64,000 nt of DNA from Candidatus Omnitrophota bacterium (lineage in GTDB: Bacteria; Omnitrophota; Gorgyraeia; Gygaellales; Profunditerraquicolaceae). Within the stretch, counting starts at the first letter, position 1. Each line of letters opens with the position of its first letter. Under the pieces are notes generated by a model. The model saw only the letters and a list, made by a program, of their open reading frames with translations. It had not been told where the DNA came from and did not search any database. Made by a program: the position numbers and the translations under genes. Shown here piece after piece: positions 37,931 to 46,953 of the stretch. Where the stretch lies: positions 389,165-453,164 of the forward strand of contig JBAZJY010000001.1 of NCBI GenBank assembly GCA_041651115.1, written 5' to 3'.

Positions 37931-39344
37931 ACCGACGAATAAAATCCATTTTTTTTATTTCTGCGTTGACCTTTTTCTTATCGCTTCGTCTTTTATCACC
38001 CCGTACCTGCTGAGGTTTAATTCTCCCGCGATCTTCAGCGCCGACTTCAACGCCATGATCTTTCCAAACCTTCGGGAGTATCTCCTGATCTTTGCGCTCT
38101 GGGGAGTCCTCACAATAACTTCGCTGCAAAAAAAAGGGCTCTATTCAACCGACAGGTCGATAAGTATCCCCAAAGAAGCGTTCCTGGTCATTACCACGAT
38201 TATCACGACATCGATAATTGTGGGAACCGTGATCTTCTTTGCGAAATTTATTTTCTTTTCCCGTAAAATCTTTGCTTTTAATTTTATCTTATTGATCGTC
38301 CAACTGTCGTTGTGGCGGATAGTAAAAAGGCTGATACTGCGATATTTAATAAAAAAAGGATTCCATAATTATAACGTGCTGATCGTGGGGACAAACGGGT
38401 TATCGCGGATAATTGCCGACGAAATCCGCCAGCGCCCGTTCCTGGGGTTGAAGATCATCGGCACGATAGGCATACCCAAAGAAAAAGAGATGATTGACCT
38501 GCCGGTTTTAGGCGGTTTGAGCGAATTTGAAAAAATATGCAAGAAATATTTTATCGAAGAAGTGGTCGTCGCTACGGACTTCCGGGAGAAGATTATCGGT
38601 GAGATCGGCGGAATCGCCGGAAGGCTGAATCTGGGCCTGCGGATCCTGCCGCCTGATTTTGAAGAAGCCCAATCCCACCTTGATATAAGCTACCTCGGTT
38701 TTATCCCGTTGTTAACCTATAAAGAACGGGCGATTTATCCGTCAGAATTGACGTTAAAGCGGGTATTTGATTTTTCTGTGGCTCTTATATTGCTTGCCAT
38801 ATTCTCTCCGGTATTTATTATCATTGCCGCCCTGGTAAAGCTTGACGGCCCCGGGCCTGTATTCTATGTGCAAAAACGGATAGGCAGGAAGGGGAGGGCT
38901 TTTGATTTTTATAAATTCCGCTCGATGGTCAGGAATGCCGACAGCTTAAAAAGCAAATTGATAGAGAAAAACGAAGTAAAGGACGGCGTGATATTCAAGA
39001 TCCGCCGGGACCCCAGAATCACGCGCGTGGGAAAAATGTTGAGGAGATACAGCCTCGATGAATTGCCGCAGCTGATCAATGTATTAAAAGGCGATATGAG
39101 CCTCGTAGGGCCGCGGCCGTTCCCCGTCGATGAAAGCAAGAACCTTAAATATGAACAATATTCAAGGCTGAATATCAAGCCGGGGATCACCGGGCTCGCA
39201 CAAATTAAGGGCCGTTCGGACCTGACATTTAATCGTTGGGTAAAATGGGATTTGTGGTATATTAATAACTGGTCTTTCGGATTAGATATAAACATCCTCC
39301 TTTGGACAATTCCTTGCGTCTTAAAAGGCAGAGGGGCTTACTAA
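37923..39344 (+). CDS. undecaprenyl-phosphate hexose-1-phosphate transferase (initiating polyprenyl glycosylphosphotransferase, WbaP/PssY-like)
   Basis: Four or five N-terminal TM helices. The C-terminal Bac_transf domain carries KFRSM and DELPQLINVLKGDMSLVGPRP. Confidence 0.85.
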   Translation: MFKPTNKIHFFYFCVDLFLIASSFITPYLLRFNSPAIFSADFNAMIFPNLREYLLIFALWGVLTITSLQKKGLYSTDRSISIPKEAFLVITTIITTSIIVGTVIFFAKFIFFSRKIFAFNFILLIVQLSLWRIVKRLILRYLIKKGFHNYNVLIVGTNGLSRIIADEIRQRPFLGLKIIGTIGIPKEKEMIDLPVLGGLSEFEKICKKYFIEEVVVATDFREKIIGEIGGIAGRLNLGLRILPPDFEEAQSHLDISYLGFIPLLTYKERAIYPSELTLKRVFDFSVALILLAIFSPVFIIIAALVKLDGPGPVFYVQKRIGRKGRAFDFYKFRSMVRNADSLKSKLIEKNEVKDGVIFKIRRDPRITRVGKMLRRYSLDELPQLINVLKGDMSLVGPRPFPVDESKNLKYEQYSRLNIKPGITGLAQIKGRSDLTFNRWVKWDLWYINNWSFGLDINILLWTIPCVLKGRGAY

Positions 39345-39359
39345 ACGAGGCACGCAGCT

Positions 39360-40565
39360 ATGTTTAAAATTCCTAACCGCCTTGAAGCGATCAGCGATAG
39401 AGTAGCGGAATACAGCTTATATATTATGGTCTTTTTTATCCCGATCTCTATTGCGGCGCTGGAATCTTTTTTTGGCCTCGCCCTCGTCAGCTTCGCGTTC
39501 AAAAAAGCCATCCGCCCGGACTTTTCGTTCCTTAAATCACGGACGCATCTTTTTCTCTTATTATTTTTCCTATTTAATGCTGTTTCAGCCCTGTTAAGCG
39601 GGCCATTTTTTGCCAAAAGCCTCGAGGCTCTTATTTTTAAATGGACGGAATATATACTTATCTTCCTAATCGCAGAAGATACGTTATGCAACAGACAAAG
39701 GATCAGAAACTTTGCGGTCATTTTTTTATTCAGCGCGTTCCTTATCGGTATCGACGGCATATTCCAGCGGTTCTCCGGAATGGATTTTTTAAGGCACCGG
39801 GTCCTTTTCGTTATTGAAGGAAAATTACCCAGTATCAGCGCTTCGTTCAGCCATTATAACAGCCTGGGCGCTTATTTGACAGTTGCCCTGCCTCTTGCCG
39901 TAAGCCTGATGTTCTATTCCGGATTAAAACGCATATTTAAATCCGGGTTAATCATCGAAACCGCCCTTTTAGGCACATGCCTTTTAATGACATCTTCGCG
40001 CGGCAGTTGGCTGGGGTTTACTTCGGCGCTGTTCTTTATGCTGTTTCTGCGCTCTAACGGCAGGCGATTATTGGTATTATTTGCTATTTTCGTAGCGGCA
40101 ATCACGCTCATCCAGGGATTACGGGAAAGGGCAATCCTGACCTTTCAGCCCAGAGGCGATGCGGACCGGTTGATCATGTGGGAAACCGCCCTCAGGATCA
40201 TAAAAGGCACCCCGTTCTTCGGTAAAGGCGTGGGCACCTTTATGGACTATTTCCATAAATATACCCCGGAATTATACGTACAGTATGCCCATAATTGCTT
40301 TCTCCAGCTCTGGGCGGAAACCGGTATTTTTGGACTATTAAGCTTTCTTCTTTTTATCGGGAGCATTTTGACAAAAAGCGCAAAGCTTGCTATGCGCACT
40401 GGCGATGCGCTTCTACTCGGCGTTGCCGGCGGCATCTTTGGTTTTCTCGCGCATAGTTTTTTTGATACCAACCTTTACGGAGTTCAATTGTCAGTGCTTT
40501 TTTGGATGACCGCAGGCATTGCAATGTCTATCGTCAATTTGCATCAAAAGCCTCCCGCCAGATAA
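39360..40565 (+). CDS. O-antigen ligase family (Wzy_C domain) membrane protein
   Basis: Polytopic, with the periplasmic-loop motif YAHNCFLQLWAETGIFGLL (H-N-x-x-L...E.G..G). Confidence 0.6.
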   Translation: MFKIPNRLEAISDRVAEYSLYIMVFFIPISIAALESFFGLALVSFAFKKAIRPDFSFLKSRTHLFLLLFFLFNAVSALLSGPFFAKSLEALIFKWTEYILIFLIAEDTLCNRQRIRNFAVIFLFSAFLIGIDGIFQRFSGMDFLRHRVLFVIEGKLPSISASFSHYNSLGAYLTVALPLAVSLMFYSGLKRIFKSGLIIETALLGTCLLMTSSRGSWLGFTSALFFMLFLRSNGRRLLVLFAIFVAAITLIQGLRERAILTFQPRGDADRLIMWETALRIIKGTPFFGKGVGTFMDYFHKYTPELYVQYAHNCFLQLWAETGIFGLLSFLLFIGSILTKSAKLAMRTGDALLLGVAGGIFGFLAHSFFDTNLYGVQLSVLFWMTAGIAMSIVNLHQKPPAR

Positions 40566-40595
40566 CCCCGATAGGAATGTTACGGTAATAAATTA

Positions 40596-40653
40596 TTGAG
40601 CTTAATACTCCTTGATGGTATAATTGAGCCTAATATTTAGGTAAACATATAAT
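40596..40653 (+). promoter_or_regulatory. candidate tandem sigma70-type promoters in the only ~90 nt intergenic gap
   Basis: TTGAGC (40596-40601), a 17 nt spacer and TATAAT (40619-40624). Immediately after comes a second copy: TTGAGC (40624-40629), an 18 nt spacer and TATAAT (40648-40653). These are duplicated ~28 nt modules. Confidence 0.3.
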
Positions 40654-40658
40654 CTAAA

Positions 40659-41636
40659 ATGTCATTTTGGCAAAATAAAAAAGTCCTGGTGACCGGCGGA
40701 GCCGGCTTTATCGGTTCCTGCGTGGTGGAGATACTCCTAAAGCAGGGGGCGGTAGTTACCGTTGCCGGCAATGAAGATCTACGCCTGGCAACCAATTTAC
40801 GCGGCGTAATAGACGATATTAAATACCTTAAAACAGACCTGAGGCAGCTCATAGATTGTAAAAATGCCTGTGAAGGAAACAGCGTAGTGCTTAATCTGGC
40901 TGCGATAGTAGGAGGGATAAATTTCAATAAACAGCATCCCGGAAGCATATTCCGCGACAATATTTTGATCAGCACGAATACGCTGGAAGCTGCCAGGATT
41001 TGTAACGTCGAGCGGTTCCTTGTTACCAGTAGCGCCTGCATATATCCGCACACATGTAAAATACCGACGCCGGAAAGTGAGGGGTTCGTAGATACCCCCG
41101 AGCCGACAAACGACGGATACGGTTGGGCAAAGCGCATGGCAGAATTCCAGGCAGACGCCTATCACAGGGAATTCGGCATTAATATTGCCATAGTCCGGCC
41201 GTATAACGCATACGGGCCGCGGGACTGCTTTGACCCCGAACGCGCGCATGTAATACCTTCCCTGATTCGCAGGATATTCGCGAACGAGAACCCTCTAATT
41301 GTCTGGGGTGACGGCCAGCAAAGCAGATCATTCTTATATGTTACTGATCTTGCCAGAGGGATTTTAGAGGTAGCGGAAAAATATGCGGTTTGCGATCCGC
41401 TTAACTTAGGCAGTGAAGAAGAAATAAAGATCTCTGACCTCGTTGATCTGATCGTTAAGCTTTCCGGTAAGCAGACCAAGGTCGTATTTGATACAACAAA
41501 GCCCTGCGGCCAGATACGCAGAAAATGCGACGTTACTAAGGCAAGAGAAAAAATCGGCTTTGAAGCAAGGGTGAGCCTGGAAAACGGCATAACCAAAACC
41601 ATTGAATGGTATTTAAAGCAAAATAAACCTGCCTGA
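40659..41636 (+). CDS. fcl: GDP-L-fucose synthase family (GDP-4-keto-6-deoxymannose 3,5-epimerase/4-reductase; Fcl/ColC-like)
   Basis: Collinear with E. coli Fcl: AAIVGGINFNKQHPGSIFRDN against AAKVGGIVANNTYPADFIYQN, SSACIYPHTCKIPTPESE...EPTNDGYGWAK against SSCIYPKLAKQPMAESE...EPTNEPYAIAK, and YGPRDCFDPERAHVIPSLIRRIF against [22 protein letters not shown]. Confidence 0.75.
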   Translation: MSFWQNKKVLVTGGAGFIGSCVVEILLKQGAVVTVAGNEDLRLATNLRGVIDDIKYLKTDLRQLIDCKNACEGNSVVLNLAAIVGGINFNKQHPGSIFRDNILISTNTLEAARICNVERFLVTSSACIYPHTCKIPTPESEGFVDTPEPTNDGYGWAKRMAEFQADAYHREFGINIAIVRPYNAYGPRDCFDPERAHVIPSLIRRIFANENPLIVWGDGQQSRSFLYVTDLARGILEVAEKYAVCDPLNLGSEEEIKISDLVDLIVKLSGKQTKVVFDTTKPCGQIRRKCDVTKAREKIGFEARVSLENGITKTIEWYLKQNKPA

Positions 41637-41638
41637 AT

Positions 41639-42319
41639 ATGACAATGAAGAATTCACTGATTATCCTCACGCTTAATGAAATAGAAGGGGTTCGGGCGGT
41701 ATTCGACAAGATCCCGCTTGCCGGGATTGATGAACTACTTGTAGTGGACGGTGGCTCAACCGACGGGACAATTGATTTTTTTAAAAACAGGGATATCAAA
41801 GTGCTTATCCAGGAGAAAAAAGGCAGGGCAGAGGCATTTCGGATCGGGGCGCAGGCGGCACAGGGGGAGAACCTTTTGTTTTTCAGCCCCGACGGAAACG
41901 AAAACCCGGGCGATATCGTAAAACTATTCGACCTGCTGAATAGCTCTGATATGGCGATCGCTTCACGCTTCTTGCGCGACGCTCATAATGAAGAAGACGG
42001 CAAACTGCTGCCTTTACGCGCATGGGCAAATAAGGCTTTTTCGCTTATGGCAAATATTGCCTGGAATAGGAAGGTTTATATAACCGATACGATCAACGGC
42101 TTCCGGGCGATAAAGAAAGCTGCCTTTGAAAAACTCAATATAGACGCTACGGGATTTGTCATTGAATACCAAATGTCCATACGGGCAATGAAATCCGGGT
42201 TAGAAGTCCGGGAAATCCCCACATATGAAGGCGACCGCATCGGCGGAAGCAGTAAGGCTAAATCCCTGCCTACGGGCTGGCTATTTTTAAAATTCTTTAT
42301 GAGAGAACTTTTTATATGA
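41639..42319 (+). CDS. GT2 polyprenyl-phosphate glycosyltransferase (DPM1/GtrB/ArnC-like)
   Basis: LIILTLNEIEGV...LLVVDGGSTDGT and the short length (226 aa) are typical of lipid-phosphate sugar synthases. Confidence 0.7.
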   Translation: MTMKNSLIILTLNEIEGVRAVFDKIPLAGIDELLVVDGGSTDGTIDFFKNRDIKVLIQEKKGRAEAFRIGAQAAQGENLLFFSPDGNENPGDIVKLFDLLNSSDMAIASRFLRDAHNEEDGKLLPLRAWANKAFSLMANIAWNRKVYITDTINGFRAIKKAAFEKLNIDATGFVIEYQMSIRAMKSGLEVREIPTYEGDRIGGSSKAKSLPTGWLFLKFFMRELFI

Positions 42320-43770
42320 AAAAGCAGGCCTTTTTATTGGCTATCTGCGCTATCTTAGGCATTATTTTCGTCTTCCTGCTCCTGTCTGATTATAATGCTA
42401 ACTGGATGCATCCGGAAGTCACGGCATTCCATATTCCTTATTCACTGGAAAATGGCTGCGTCCTGAGCTTAAAGGACTTACTAAAAAGCTTTGATAGCTG
42501 GGAATTTGACTTTCAGAATTCACGGCCAAGGTTTTTTTCATATTTTTTCCAGATTATTAATCTAAAATTCCGGATATGGCTTTTTGCCTTTATCCCGCCT
42601 CATCCAAGTCTTTCCCTGACCTGGATCTTTACGTTACTGCTTTCACCGTTCTTTCTTTTCCGGCTGGTAAGGAATCTCTCCCTGAACCGGGTTACTGCCT
42701 GGATTGCCGTAATCCTTTATTTTCTCAGCCCGGGGTTCCTTTCGCACCTGACGCTTTTGTTCCATCCCGGAAAGCCCCTGGCAAGCTTTTTTACGATCCT
42801 CTGCCTTTATCTGTCTTCCGAAATATGGCTAGGCATAAAAGTGGCCCGCACCTTCAATAAAAAAGGGTATGCGTTATTCGCCCTGCTGCTGGCAATAATC
42901 TTCCTGGCCTTTATTACCGACGAGGTAAGTTTTTTCATATTTTTTGCCGTGCCTTTGTTATTCCCTGAGATCTTCACGCTGCCACCGGACAAAATCAGGA
43001 TATCCCGGTATTACCGGTTTACCTTTATAGCTTTTCTGCTATTTTTGACTTTTGTTGTTCCGTGGATAACCCGGCACCTCGGATTCGGTGATTTCAATTT
43101 CTGGGATTACATAAAAAGAGGAGGCACAGGAGAACGGTATTACCTTTGGAAAAATATGGATATCGCCAATCTTTTCTTAAACGGGCACTATCTGCTTTCC
43201 AGCCATATCGTCCCTTTCCGGAAGCCCGATCTGGGCCGTTTCTTTAAACTGGATATTTACGCATATGCCGCATTTATTTTTTACTGCTCTTACGCGTACC
43301 GCCGGCTTTCCCCGGCGGCCAAAGATATTTTTAAACGCCTCGGCCTGACGCTGCTCGCCTTTATATTTTTTCATTTCCTGATTTCCAGCCGGCACCTAAA
43401 ACTTACCACAGACTGCTATTATTACGGGGCTGTATTTTCCATATTATTTGCCATTCTATTGGCGATCCTGCTTACAGCAAATACCGGCGCATTAAAAATA
43501 ATAAACGGCATTTTACTGGCTGTTTTCCTGGTCATCTTTGCTTCTAATTTTTATGCAATGAATAAGAGATGGATCAGCTCGCATAATATATGGTACAAGC
43601 ATTTCTTTCCCGAAGCGGCCAGGATCATGCCGGAGGAAAAAAGACTGGATCGCAATATGGTCCTGACGGCCTGGCAGCACAGAAAAGACAAGACATATCT
43701 CCAGGGGGTACAAAAGCAATTTCCCCTTAGGGCCGACTGGTTATTTGTGGAGCTGGATTATATAAAATGA
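42316..43770 (+). CDS. polytopic membrane protein (putative GT-C partner of the GtrB-like GT2)
   Basis: About twelve hydrophobic segments. It is ATGA-coupled to the upstream DPM1-like GT2. No catalytic motif was assigned. Confidence 0.4.
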   Translation: MKKQAFLLAICAILGIIFVFLLLSDYNANWMHPEVTAFHIPYSLENGCVLSLKDLLKSFDSWEFDFQNSRPRFFSYFFQIINLKFRIWLFAFIPPHPSLSLTWIFTLLLSPFFLFRLVRNLSLNRVTAWIAVILYFLSPGFLSHLTLLFHPGKPLASFFTILCLYLSSEIWLGIKVARTFNKKGYALFALLLAIIFLAFITDEVSFFIFFAVPLLFPEIFTLPPDKIRISRYYRFTFIAFLLFLTFVVPWITRHLGFGDFNFWDYIKRGGTGERYYLWKNMDIANLFLNGHYLLSSHIVPFRKPDLGRFFKLDIYAYAAFIFYCSYAYRRLSPAAKDIFKRLGLTLLAFIFFHFLISSRHLKLTTDCYYYGAVFSILFAILLAILLTANTGALKIINGILLAVFLVIFASNFYAMNKRWISSHNIWYKHFFPEAARIMPEEKRLDRNMVLTAWQHRKDKTYLQGVQKQFPLRADWLFVELDYIK

Positions 43771-43925
43771 GCTTTTTCGCGGGGTTCATAATAAATATTG
43801 CGGCCTGGTTCTTTATCTTTTATTATATTGGAGTCCGCCGCAGCTTATGGCCGGCGGTACTCGCCGTGTTTATCTTAGCCGAGGGCCTTTCGCGCATGCT
43901 AAGAAAACGGAGCTTTTGGTTTTAA
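43767..43925 (+). CDS. unannotated small membrane protein (52 aa, two predicted TM helices)
   Basis: The ATG at 43767 overlaps the upstream stop as ATGA. Translation is MSFFAGFIINIAAWFFIFYYIGVRRSLWPAVLAVFILAEGLSRMLRKRSFWF*. It ends 15 nt before gmd, whose SD is aaggagag. It is below the length cutoff of the ORF track. Confidence 0.35.
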   Translation: MSFFAGFIINIAAWFFIFYYIGVRRSLWPAVLAVFILAEGLSRMLRKRSFWF

Positions 43926-43940
43926 CCACAAGGAGAGAAC

Positions 43941-44927
43941 ATGAAAAAGGCTTTAATTACGGGCATAACCGGCCAGGATGGTTCATATCTTGCCGAACTT
44001 CTTTTAGAAAAAGGTTACGAGGTGCACGGGATTGTCAGGCGCGTGGCCTTTGAAGATCCCGAACACCGGCTGTGGCGGGTGCGGCATATTGCCGATAAGA
44101 TATTCCTGCATTCAGCTTCGCTGGAGAGCTATGCCAGCATATTTAATGTTGTGGAAGAGGTCAAACCTGATGAATGTTATCACCTGGCAGCGCAAAGTTT
44201 CGTAAGTTATTCATTTGAAGATGAATTCTCAACGATCAATACCAATATCAACGGTACCAGCCACATACTATCGGCAATAAAACAAAAGGCCCCGGTTTGT
44301 AAATTCTATTTTGCCGGGACAAGCGAGATGTTCGGGCTGACTAAACACTCGCCGCAAAATGAAGAAACGCCTTTTCATCCGCGCTCGCCATACGGAATAT
44401 CAAAAGTTGCTGGTTTTCATTTGGTCCAGAATTACCGGGAATCCTACGGGTTGTTTGCTTCCAATGGCATACTCTTTAACCACGAATCTCCGCGCCGCGG
44501 ACTTGAATTCGTAACGCGCAAGATCACTCACGGGGTTGCCAAAATAAAATTAGGCATTGAAAAAGAGCTGCGCCTCGGTAACCTTGAGGCAAAGCGCGAC
44601 TGGGGATTTGCCGGCGATTATGTAAAAGCGATGTGGCTGATGCTGCAGCAAAACGAGCCTGATGACTTTGTCATTGCTACAGGCGAAACGCACCCGGTGC
44701 AGGAATTTGTCGAACTGGCATTTAACGCTGTCGGCCTTGATTGGAAAAAACATGTGGCCATTGATAACAAACTTTACCGCCCGGCAGAAGTATTCGAGCT
44801 TAAGGGCGACTATAGCAAAGCAAAGAAAAAGCTTGGCTGGGAACCCGATACCAAATTCAAGGATTTGATAAAAATGATGGTGGATGCGGACCTGAAATTG
44901 CTCCAGAACAAACCCGGCATATGTTAA
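43941..44927 (+). CDS. gmd: GDP-mannose 4,6-dehydratase
   Basis: ALITGITGQDGSYLAELLLEKGYEVHGIVRR is the canonical Gmd N-terminus. It is preceded by an aaggagag SD. Confidence 0.9.
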   Translation: MKKALITGITGQDGSYLAELLLEKGYEVHGIVRRVAFEDPEHRLWRVRHIADKIFLHSASLESYASIFNVVEEVKPDECYHLAAQSFVSYSFEDEFSTINTNINGTSHILSAIKQKAPVCKFYFAGTSEMFGLTKHSPQNEETPFHPRSPYGISKVAGFHLVQNYRESYGLFASNGILFNHESPRRGLEFVTRKITHGVAKIKLGIEKELRLGNLEAKRDWGFAGDYVKAMWLMLQQNEPDDFVIATGETHPVQEFVELAFNAVGLDWKKHVAIDNKLYRPAEVFELKGDYSKAKKKLGWEPDTKFKDLIKMMVDADLKLLQNKPGIC

Positions 44928-46138
44928 GAATCAGAGTAGGCGATTTTAAACTTGGGCCACGGGAAAAAAGGATCATCAATGAAGTCGTTGATTCCGGGCA
45001 CCTTTCCGAAGGCGCAAAAGTAAAAGAATTTGAAAAAAAATGGGCTGATTTTATCGGCACCCGGCATTGCGTCCTTGTGAATTCCGGGACATCTGCCCTG
45101 ATCGCCGGCTTGTATGCGCTAAAATACCTCTTTAAACTGAAAGACCGCGCTAAAGTTATAACTTCGCCGCTGACGTTCATCGCTACCGTGAATGCGATCA
45201 CTGCGGCCGGGCTTGAACCGCTGTTTGTTGATATTGACAGGGATACTTACGTCATAACTCCTGAAAACATCGAAAAAGCAATAAGAAAAAATAAAGGCGT
45301 ATCAATACTCCTGCCGGTCCATTTGATGGGCTATCCCGCAAGAATGACGGAAATAAACAGGATTGCCCGTAAGCATAATTTACTCGTAATGGAAGATGCC
45401 GCGCAGGCGCACGGCACTGTTTATAAAAACAAGAAGCTTGGTTCTCTTTCTAAAGCCGGATGTTTTTCGTTCTACATTGCCCACAATGTGCAGGCAGGGG
45501 AGATGGGTGCAGTAGTGACGGATGACCAACGGATCGCGCGGCTGGTGAAAAAGATCAAGGCGCATGGCCGGATGTGCGACTGCCCGGTTTGCCTGCGTCC
45601 GCAAAATAAATGCCCGCGTTTAAATTTTCATAAGGGCGCGGACGACTTTGACCCCCGGTTTTACCACGATATGTTCGGTTTTAATTTTAAAACCATGGAA
45701 TTCCAGGCAGCCCTGGGTCTGGCGCAGCTGGAAAAGATAAAAGAGATCCTAAGGGTAAGGAAGCATAATGTTGAATATCTGAATAACGGGCTGTCCCGGC
45801 TCCAGGGTATCCTGCAGCTGCCGGTATATTCCGACAAGGTCAGCTATCTGGCGTATCCATTGGTGATAAAAGACCCGGCGAGCGTATCGCGCAAAATATT
45901 ACGGCAAAAGCTGGAGGCAGCGGGCATTGAGACGCGCCCGCTTTTTGGTTGCATACCAACGCAGCAGCCGGCGTATGCCTACCTGAAAAATAAATATACG
46001 GGGAAATTGCCAAACGCCGAATACGTGGGGGCAAATGGATTCTACATCGGATGCCACCAATACCTCAAAAAAACCGACCTTGATTATGTGATTACCGCGT
46101 TTAACAACATCCTGAAAGGGCAAATATGGAGCCGTTAG
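44921..46138 (+). CDS. DegT-family PMP-dependent GDP-4-keto-6-deoxymannose 3-dehydratase-like (ColD/E1-type, His replaces PLP-Lys)
   Basis: FSFYIAHNVQAGEMG has His where aminotransferases carry the Schiff-base Lys (compare FNGNK in the CDS at 18365). A downstream Cys cluster CDCPVCLRPQNKC is present. The gene is adjacent to gmd. Confidence 0.65.
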   Translation: MLRIRVGDFKLGPREKRIINEVVDSGHLSEGAKVKEFEKKWADFIGTRHCVLVNSGTSALIAGLYALKYLFKLKDRAKVITSPLTFIATVNAITAAGLEPLFVDIDRDTYVITPENIEKAIRKNKGVSILLPVHLMGYPARMTEINRIARKHNLLVMEDAAQAHGTVYKNKKLGSLSKAGCFSFYIAHNVQAGEMGAVVTDDQRIARLVKKIKAHGRMCDCPVCLRPQNKCPRLNFHKGADDFDPRFYHDMFGFNFKTMEFQAALGLAQLEKIKEILRVRKHNVEYLNNGLSRLQGILQLPVYSDKVSYLAYPLVIKDPASVSRKILRQKLEAAGIETRPLFGCIPTQQPAYAYLKNKYTGKLPNAEYVGANGFYIGCHQYLKKTDLDYVITAFNNILKGQIWSR

Positions 46139-46953
46139 TCAGCGTAATCGTTCCGACTTATAATTCCGCAAAGACGCTGGAAGAATGCCTTAGCGCCTTA
46201 GCCGGGCAGAATTACAAAAATATCGAGGTCATCATCACGGATTCATTCAGCAAAGACAGAACAAAAGATATCGCCCGGCGTTTTACCGACAAGATCATTG
46301 ATGCTGAATCGCTGGCCCTGGCAAGAAAAATGGGGGTGGACCTGGCAAAAGGCAAGTATATCCTTTTTCTTGATTCCGACCAGATCATCAACCCCGATAC
46401 TATCGAGCTTAGTGTTAAAACCTGCGAAGAAGGCGGCTATGACGGGGTAACGCATTTTGAACGCTCTAAGATCCACCGCAACACATTCGTAGAGAGGGTG
46501 ATAAATTACGACAAGTGGATATTTCACTCGCATGAAGACGATGATCCGATCTGTGGTACTGCCGAGCCGCGTTTTTTCAAATCGGAATTTGTCAAAAAGA
46601 TAGATTTTCTCGACAACCCGCCGATAACCTTTGAATTGGCGATCATTAACCTGAAAATGGTGCAGATGGGCGCAAAGATCAAGTTCATCAACGCTTATAT
46701 CTATCATTATGAAACCGCGACCTTTTCACATGTTGCCAGAAAGTTCTTTCGCTACGGCTTTTATTATATCCCCGCATTAAAGCGTTACCCCAACCTCGTA
46801 ATACACCACAGTGCCCCACGCAGGACATATTTCAGCCGCCGCGCCCTGAGAAAACCGCTGTTATTTATCGGGCTGTTCGCGCTTTACGGCGTCAAGGCAG
46901 TTTCTGCATTTTGCGGGGTTGCTTATTGCCTGGTTAAACCTAAATCCAAATGA
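46126..46953 (+). CDS. glycosyltransferase family 2
   Basis: VSVIVPTYNSAKTLEECLSALAGQNYKNIEVIITDSFSKD and a DSD motif. Confidence 0.75.
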   Translation: MEPLVSVIVPTYNSAKTLEECLSALAGQNYKNIEVIITDSFSKDRTKDIARRFTDKIIDAESLALARKMGVDLAKGKYILFLDSDQIINPDTIELSVKTCEEGGYDGVTHFERSKIHRNTFVERVINYDKWIFHSHEDDDPICGTAEPRFFKSEFVKKIDFLDNPPITFELAIINLKMVQMGAKIKFINAYIYHYETATFSHVARKFFRYGFYYIPALKRYPNLVIHHSAPRRTYFSRRALRKPLLFIGLFALYGVKAVSAFCGVAYCLVKPKSK

